Shown here in pieces: positions 34,004 through 38,208 of a DNA stretch of 38,208 nt. The first letter of the stretch is position 1. Every line of letters starts with the position of its first letter. The DNA comes from Eubacteriales bacterium. Its GTDB lineage: Bacteria > Bacillota > Clostridia > Oscillospirales > CAG-272. The stretch is taken from assembly GCA_045661265.1 (NCBI GenBank), contig JAZRFG010000177.1, positions 1-38,208 on the forward strand, written 5' to 3'. The notes beneath the pieces are model-generated. The model was given only the letters and a program-made list of their open reading frames with translations, did no database searches and had not been told where the DNA came from. Both the position numbers and the translations under genes were made by a program.

Positions 34004-35362
34004 TCACCTCAGCACGTCGCCGATGTCGTGCAACGCCATACGGGATACGATCACCACGTGATCCCCCGCCTCGATGCTATCGTGACCGCGGGGAATGATC
34101 ACGCGCTTGCCGCGCAGGATCGAAGCGATCAGCACGTCGGGCTTGAGCTGCAGCTCCGAGAGCGGCACACCGATGACGGGCGCCCCCTCCTTCACGATAA
34201 ACTCAGAGGCCTCGATCTTATCCATAATGATGTTGTACAGCGTTTCCACGTTCGAGCCGCGCGTGTTCTTCATCGCGCGCACGTAGCGCACGATCTCGTC
34301 AGACGCCACGTTTTTGGGGTAGATAATGGTGTCCAGATCCAGATTCGCCACCACGTCGGAAAGGTCAAAGCGATTGATCTTGGTGACGAGCTTCCCGCTG
34401 CCCTTGAAAAGGCGCTTGGCAAGCAGAGAAAGCAGGATATTTTCCTCATCATAGCTGGTAAGCGCCACAAAAGCACCCGCGTGCTCGATCCCCTCCTCCA
34501 GCAGCGTTTCCTGATCCCCCGCGTCTGCGCGGACCACGCTGACGTGAGGATAGCGCGCGGTAAGATCCTGGCAGATCTCACTGTTGCGCTCGATCACGGT
34601 GACGTCAATGCCGTCCTCTTTCAGCATCTCGCACAGATAGCACGTGATCTGGCCGCCGCCGGCGATCAGCGCATTTTTCACGGACTGCGTGCGGTATTCG
34701 ATCTTCTTGAAGAAATCTGCCGCGGCCTTAGGCGAGGCGATCAGGGAAATGATATCCTTGCCCGCAAACACGAAATCGCCCTTGGGAATATACGCCTCGT
34801 CCTCGCGCTCTACGGTGCACAGCAGCACGTCACAGCGTAGCGCCGAAACCACCTCGCGCACAGACATTCCCACAAGGGGGCTTTGCTCGGGCAAGCGGAA
34901 CTTCATCAGCTCCACACGGCCTCTGGCGAAGGTGTCGATGCGCATCGCGGACGGGAAGCGCAGCACACGCAGGATCTCCTTGGCGGCGGCGCGCTTGGAG
35001 TTGATGACCATAGCAAGGCCCAGCTCCTCCTTGAGATATTCGACCTCGGTATTATATTCCGGGCTTTCCACACGCGCAATGGTGCGGCAATTGCCCGTTT
35101 TCTTGGCAAGCAGGCAGCAAAGCAGGTTGAGCTCGTCCGAGCCCGTGACCGCGATCAAGAGATCCGCCCCCGCAATACCCGCCTCCTGTTGTGCGGCGTG
35201 CGTGGCACCGTTGCCCACCACACCCATCACGTCACAGCGCTCCGTTACCGCGCGCACGCGCTCGGGCGAGAGATCCACCACAGTGATGTTGTTGCCGGGC
35301 TCGTTGAGCTGCTCGGCCAGATTTTCACCAATCTTACCACAGCCAACGATAATGATATTCAT
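34004..35362 (-). CDS. trkA: Trk system potassium uptake protein TrkA (tandem RCK)
   Basis: ORF 34004-35416 trimmed to ATG 35362 (GGAAGGA upstream). MNIIIVGCGKIGENLAEQL... and a second Rossmann motif ALIAGGGQITCYLCEML. Confidence 0.9.
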   Translation of the reverse strand: MNIIIVGCGKIGENLAEQLNEPGNNITVVDLSPERVRAVTERCDVMGVVGNGATHAAQQEAGIAGADLLIAVTGSDELNLLCCLLAKKTGNCRTIARVESPEYNTEVEYLKEELGLAMVINSKRAAAKEILRVLRFPSAMRIDTFARGRVELMKFRLPEQSPLVGMSVREVVSALRCDVLLCTVEREDEAYIPKGDFVFAGKDIISLIASPKAAADFFKKIEYRTQSVKNALIAGGGQITCYLCEMLKEDGIDVTVIERNSEICQDLTARYPHVSVVRADAGDQETLLEEGIEHAGAFVALTSYDEENILLSLLAKRLFKGSGKLVTKINRFDLSDVVANLDLDTIIYPKNVASDEIVRYVRAMKNTRGSNVETLYNIIMDKIEASEFIVKEGAPVIGVPLSELQLKPDVLIASILRGKRVIIPRGHDSIEAGDHVVIVSRMALHDIGDVLR

Positions 35363-35434
35363 AGATCCTTCCAGTTTGACACGGGAATGCTTCATGATAT
35401 CGTCCTTTCGATCCAAAGATAATGATATATAATA

Positions 35435-35462
35435 ATTATATCACTTTTAATCACAATGTCAA
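35435..35462 (-). promoter_or_regulatory. sigma-A promoter candidate for trkA-trkH
   Basis: Reverse strand TTGACA (35462-35457), 16-nt spacer ending in TGa, TATAAT (35440-35435). About 70-nt leader. Confidence 0.55.
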
Positions 35463-35469
35463 GTAAAAC

Positions 35470-36279
35470 TTATATGCGCTCGCGCACCCGTGGGATAAAC
35501 TGCGCGGCAAGTGCCACGCGCCGCTTCTTCAACCAAAAGTATCCGATGATGCAAAATGCCAATGCGCCCCATAGGTTTACGACCAGATCCTTGACCGTGT
35601 CCGCAAGCCCCACATCCAAGTAGGCGGGCAGTGAAAAACTCGCACCGTTTGCCGCCTTAATCTCCACCTGCACGATATTCTCCACGCGAAAAACACCGCC
35701 GTCCTCACCCGGCACAAGCACGCTGTGAATACTTGTGAGAAAGCTGTCCTTTTGCATATCCGTGTGCAAAAAATAGTCTGCAGCAAACTCAAAGATCTCC
35801 CAAAGCACCCCCACGGTCATCGAAAAGCAAAAGGCAGTAAAGCTCTGATAGGCGGGCGAGGGCAGCGTTTGCACACGACGCTTTTTTTCAAACAGAGAAA
35901 AAAGGCAAAGCCCAAAGCCCGCAAACAAAAAGCCGTTTGCCGCGTGTAGCATCGCGTCCCAGGCGGAAAAGCGCTGATAAAAGTCACCGATCTCTCCAAG
36001 CACGCCCGCGCAGAACACAAAAAGATACGCCGAGATCTCCAACGCGGCCGGCAGTTGCAAGGAAAAGCTGCGCTCAACAAAAGGGGGCACGAAAAAAAGC
36101 AAAAGGCAGAGCACACCCGTGAAAACGCGCTGCCACTCCCCCGCAAGCACGCCGCCGAGCAGCACGCCAAGCGTCGCCGCCCACAGGCAGACAAACACCA
36201 AGAAAGCGCTCTTGTTCTCCTTGACCTCCTGCCACAGTCCCCGCCAAAATCCCACCTCGCTTCTATCTTCTTTTTCCAC
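35470..36279 (-). CDS. hypothetical polytopic membrane protein (269 aa)
   Basis: GTG 36279 preceded by AGAGGTGA. About 6 TM plus a soluble insert (VPGEDGGVFRVENIVQVEIKAANGASFSLPAYLDVG). Motifs WDAMLHAANGFLF and WEIFEFAADY. Family not recognised. Confidence 0.6.
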   Translation of the reverse strand: MEKEDRSEVGFWRGLWQEVKENKSAFLVFVCLWAATLGVLLGGVLAGEWQRVFTGVLCLLLFFVPPFVERSFSLQLPAALEISAYLFVFCAGVLGEIGDFYQRFSAWDAMLHAANGFLFAGFGLCLFSLFEKKRRVQTLPSPAYQSFTAFCFSMTVGVLWEIFEFAADYFLHTDMQKDSFLTSIHSVLVPGEDGGVFRVENIVQVEIKAANGASFSLPAYLDVGLADTVKDLVVNLWGALAFCIIGYFWLKKRRVALAAQFIPRVRERI

Positions 36280-36383
36280 CGCGAATCACCTCTTAAGTTT
36301 TATTTTTAGTGTGCGCAAAAACACGCCGGGCATACAAATACAAAAAGATAAGGAAAAGTGTTTGACAAAAAAGCAAAAAGGTA

Positions 36384-36412
36384 TTGACAAACACAGCACA
36401 ATTTGTTACAAT
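36384..36412 (+). promoter_or_regulatory. near-consensus sigma-A promoter for the small lipoprotein gene
   Basis: TTGACA (36384-36389), 17-nt spacer ending in TGt, TACAAT (36407-36412). It shares the 18-mer caaaaaggtattgacaaa with the rplJ promoter. Confidence 0.6.
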
Positions 36413-36456
36413 ATCCTTGTAGATATCTAAACCGCCAGAAAGGATTGGACACAACG

Positions 36457-36669
36457 ATGAAAAAAAGCATTCTCTGCCTGCTTCTCATTCTTACCTTGTG
36501 CCTTTGTGTTATGTTTGCATCCTGCAAAAAGGATGATGAGATTGTTCCCGCACCCGATGCCGGAGGCGTCAACAAATCGGGCGAAGTGGTGATTGACACC
36601 AATCTCCCCGGTGACGTCAACTTGGATGGTCCCAACCAGGCCGTCAACGGCTCTACGCCCCGTTATTGA
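36457..36669 (+). CDS. small putative lipoprotein (70-aa precursor)
   Basis: ORF 36403-36669 trimmed to ATG 36457. MKKSILCLLLILTLCLCVMFASC is a signal peptide with a lipobox-like FASC. The mature part is short and D/G/P/N-rich. Confidence 0.6.
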   Translation: MKKSILCLLLILTLCLCVMFASCKKDDEIVPAPDAGGVNKSGEVVIDTNLPGDVNLDGPNQAVNGSTPRY

Positions 36670-36678
36670 CCAACAAAG

Positions 36679-36710
36679 CAAAACCGCGCCGTACTCGGCG
36701 CGGTTTTTTT
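36679..36710 (+). terminator. intrinsic terminator
   Basis: aaaccgcgccg-tact-cggcgcggttt followed by tttt. Confidence 0.85.
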
Positions 36711-36768
36711 GTATAACGCTCCCTTTTTTGCGAACACTAATAGCATCACACAGAAAAGGAGCAAAAAT

Positions 36769-36954
36769 ATGGCACAAATCACAGAAAAAGAGCTGGGCTT
36801 TCTTGGGGACCTGATGACCGCAGAGCAGCTGCAGATCGCTAAGTATTGCAATGCGGCACAGCGCACCACCGACAAGGCGATCGCAGATTGCTACGCCCAG
36901 ATGGCAGAGCGCCATCAGCGCAACTTCGACAAGCTTTATTCAAATTTGAAGTGA
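36769..36954 (+). CDS. small spore-coat-associated protein (partner of CotF-type protein)
   Basis: ORF 36709-36954 trimmed to ATG 36769 (AAAAGGAG upstream). MAQITEKELGFLGDLMTAEQLQIAKYCNAAQRTTDKAIADCYAQMAERHQRNFDKLYSNLK resembles the small helical coat proteins encoded beside CotF genes. Confidence 0.55.
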   Translation: MAQITEKELGFLGDLMTAEQLQIAKYCNAAQRTTDKAIADCYAQMAERHQRNFDKLYSNLK

Positions 36955-36963
36955 GGTGAGAAT

Positions 36964-37248
36964 ATGAACTGTGTACAAACCAACTGCACCTTTGGTGAAA
37001 AGGAAACCATGCACGATTGCCTGGACACCGAAAAATATCTGATCGGTATGTATAACGCGGCGCTGACCGAGGCCGCCACCCCCGAGGTTATTCAGACCCT
37101 TACTGAGCTTCTCGCAGACGCCTTCCGGATGCAGCAGCAGCTCTTCCGCGAGATGAACAGCCGCGGCTGGTACCCCGTGACCAAGGCAGAGGACCAAAAG
37201 GTCACCCAGGCCAAGCAAAAGTTTGGTGCGGCTGTTTGCACCAAGTGA
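36964..37248 (+). CDS. spore coat protein, CotF (Coat_F) family
   Basis: GAGGTGAG upstream. DCLDTEKYLIGMYNAALTEAATPEVIQTLTELLADAFRMQQQLFREMNSRGWYPV matches my recollection of the Coat_F domain. Confidence 0.7.
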   Translation: MNCVQTNCTFGEKETMHDCLDTEKYLIGMYNAALTEAATPEVIQTLTELLADAFRMQQQLFREMNSRGWYPVTKAEDQKVTQAKQKFGAAVCTK

Positions 37249-37260
37249 CCCGCGCAAAGG

Positions 37261-37297
37261 CGCGCAGAGCAGCACGCTGCTCTGCGCGTTTTATTTT
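37261..37297 (+). terminator. intrinsic terminator
   Basis: cgcgcagagcag-cacg-ctgctctgcgcg followed by ttttatttt. Confidence 0.85.
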
Positions 37298-37317
37298 GCA
37301 CAAAATTGCAAAATCAA

Positions 37318-37346
37318 TTGCAAAATCGCGAAAAATGTGATATACT
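37318..37346 (+). promoter_or_regulatory. sigma-A promoter candidate for hpt, extended -10
   Basis: TTGCAA (37318-37323), 17-nt spacer ending in TGa, TATACT (37341-37346). The -35 sits in the second copy of the direct repeat attgcaaaatc (37305-37315, 37317-37327). Confidence 0.55.
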
Positions 37347-37376
37347 GGGGAAAACACCGCATTACGGAGGGTCGAC

Positions 37377-37931
37377 ATGAAAGACATTCAATCCGCCAAA
37401 GACTTTAACGCCCGCATCAAACGTGTGCTGATCACCAAGGAGCAGATCGACGAGGCCATCGTCAAGGCAGGCAAGCAGATCACCGCGCTGTACGACGGAC
37501 GCCCCATTCTGCTCGTCAGCATCCTCAAGGGGGCCTTTGTCTTTATGGCAGACCTTTGCCGCGCCATTGACGCGCCCTGCGAGATCGGTTTTATGTGCGC
37601 GAAAAGCTATTACAAAGGGACCGTTTCCTCGGGCGTGGTGCAGATCACCATGGACCTGGAGCAGGACATCAGCAACTATCACGTCGTCATTGTCGAGGAC
37701 ATCATCGACACGGGCCGTACCTTGAATGACGTGGTGAAGCTGCTCAAGGCACGCAACCCCCTCTCGCTGCACGTGGTCACACTTTTGGACAAGCCCTCGC
37801 GCCGTCTGGTGGATTTCAAGGCGGACATTTCGCTTTTCACCATTCCCGATTATTTCGTGATCGGCTATGGTCTTGATTGCGGCGAATATTTCCGCAATCT
37901 ACCCTACATCGCAGAATACGGCGAAAACTAA
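37377..37931 (+). CDS. hpt: hypoxanthine phosphoribosyltransferase
   Basis: ...ILLVSILKGAFVFMADLCRAI...; PRPP motif HVVIVEDIIDTGRTL; VTLLDKPSRR; FVIGYGLDCGEYFRNLPYI. Confidence 0.92.
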   Translation: MKDIQSAKDFNARIKRVLITKEQIDEAIVKAGKQITALYDGRPILLVSILKGAFVFMADLCRAIDAPCEIGFMCAKSYYKGTVSSGVVQITMDLEQDISNYHVVIVEDIIDTGRTLNDVVKLLKARNPLSLHVVTLLDKPSRRLVDFKADISLFTIPDYFVIGYGLDCGEYFRNLPYIAEYGEN

Positions 37932-37935
37932 ATAC

Positions 37936-37962
37936 AAAAAAGCCCCCAAACGGGGGCTTTTT
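37936..37962. terminator. bidirectional intrinsic terminator
   Basis: A6-gccccc-aaac-gggggc-T5, between the convergent hpt and CE-repeat protein genes. Confidence 0.85.
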
Positions 37963-37969
37963 CTTATGT

Positions 37970-38208
37970 TTACGCCTCGGCTTGCTCAACCTTTTCGCTT
38001 TCCTCGGCGTCCTGCTCGCACTCACACTCGCACTCGCAAGCATTTTCGTCACACTCGCATTCGCACTCGCAGACGTTCTCTTCCTTCTTGGCCTTGCGCG
38101 CTTCCTTTGCGGCCTTGATCTGCTCCAGCTCGTCGAAAAGAGCGTCGATCTTGGCAACAACCTCCAGCTTCATCTCTTCCAGATCCTCTTCGGTGTGCAG
38201 ATCGCGGT
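37970..38208 (-). CDS. acidic coiled-coil-like protein with two CECECEC repeats (C-terminal part; gene start may lie outside the window)
   Basis: The ORF track gives M at 38173, but the frame stays open to the window edge (RDLHTEEDLEE-MKLEVVAKIDALFDELEQIKAAKEARKAKKEENVCECECECDENACECECECEQDAEESEKVEQAEA). No SD before ATG 38173. Confidence 0.5.
   Translation of the reverse strand, partial: RDLHTEEDLEEMKLEVVAKIDALFDELEQIKAAKEARKAKKEENVCECECECDENACECECECEQDAEESEKVEQAEA

Noticed and set aside
35363-35434. Possible c-di-AMP (ydaO/kimA-type) riboswitch ahead of trkA-trkH
   Set aside because: The leader after the TTGACA-16-TATAAT promoter is only about 70 nt. It is AT-rich and lacks the pseudo-twofold ACGGGG-type conserved cores, so it is too short for that riboswitch class.
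1-38208. Mobile elements, prophage remnants, toxin-antitoxin or defence islands (scanned all ORFs of at least 60 aa on both strands)
   Set aside because: There are no transposase, integrase, recombinase, nuclease/helicase/methylase or phage-structural motifs. There are no terminal inverted repeats flanking a gene block. There are no tRNA or rRNA genes: I saw no T-loop GGTTCGAATCC-type motif in any intergenic gap. The window is essentially core genome.

Overview
38.2-kb, high-GC (GC3-rich) chromosomal segment from a spore-forming Firmicute, probably Clostridia-like. That inference rests on spoVAD/spoVAEB, CotF-type coat genes, the ribosomal gene order and the Zn-ribbon forms of S14 and L36. 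The centre (10735-26298, minus strand) is an uninterrupted 31-gene S10-spc-alpha ribosomal supercluster, rpsJ to rplQ, including secY, adk, map, infA and rpoA. Diverging from it, after a 2-kb insert (polytopic membrane protein plus HTH regulator), lies rplJ-rplL with an L10-type attenuator leader. The left flank (1-10732) holds a MurE-like ligase unit, a GNAT, spoVAD-spoVAEB, a DUF5685-like/J-domain/membrane-protein trio, a DUF1538-type membrane protein with two PII-like genes, and a DUF3343-like gene with a class-V aminotransferase (cysteine desulfurase). The right flank (29940-38208) holds a Dabb gene, trpS, an asparaginase, trkH-trkA, a membrane protein, a tiny lipoprotein, two CotF-type genes, hpt, and a partial acidic protein with CECECEC repeats. 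I found no rRNA, tRNA, CRISPR array, transposase, integrase, phage gene or recognisable defence gene, so this is mostly core genome. The best candidates for undescribed biology are: (1) the DUF1538-like transporter with two PII-fold genes; (2) the DUF5685-like/J-domain operon with a Cys-rich tail; (3) the CE-repeat protein at the right edge; (4) unexplained structured RNA regions, namely a 182-nt spacer inside the spc operon and a roughly 300-nt region upstream of rpsJ; (5) a 32-nt triple repeat after rplL. All family assignments come from motif recognition by eye, not from database searches.
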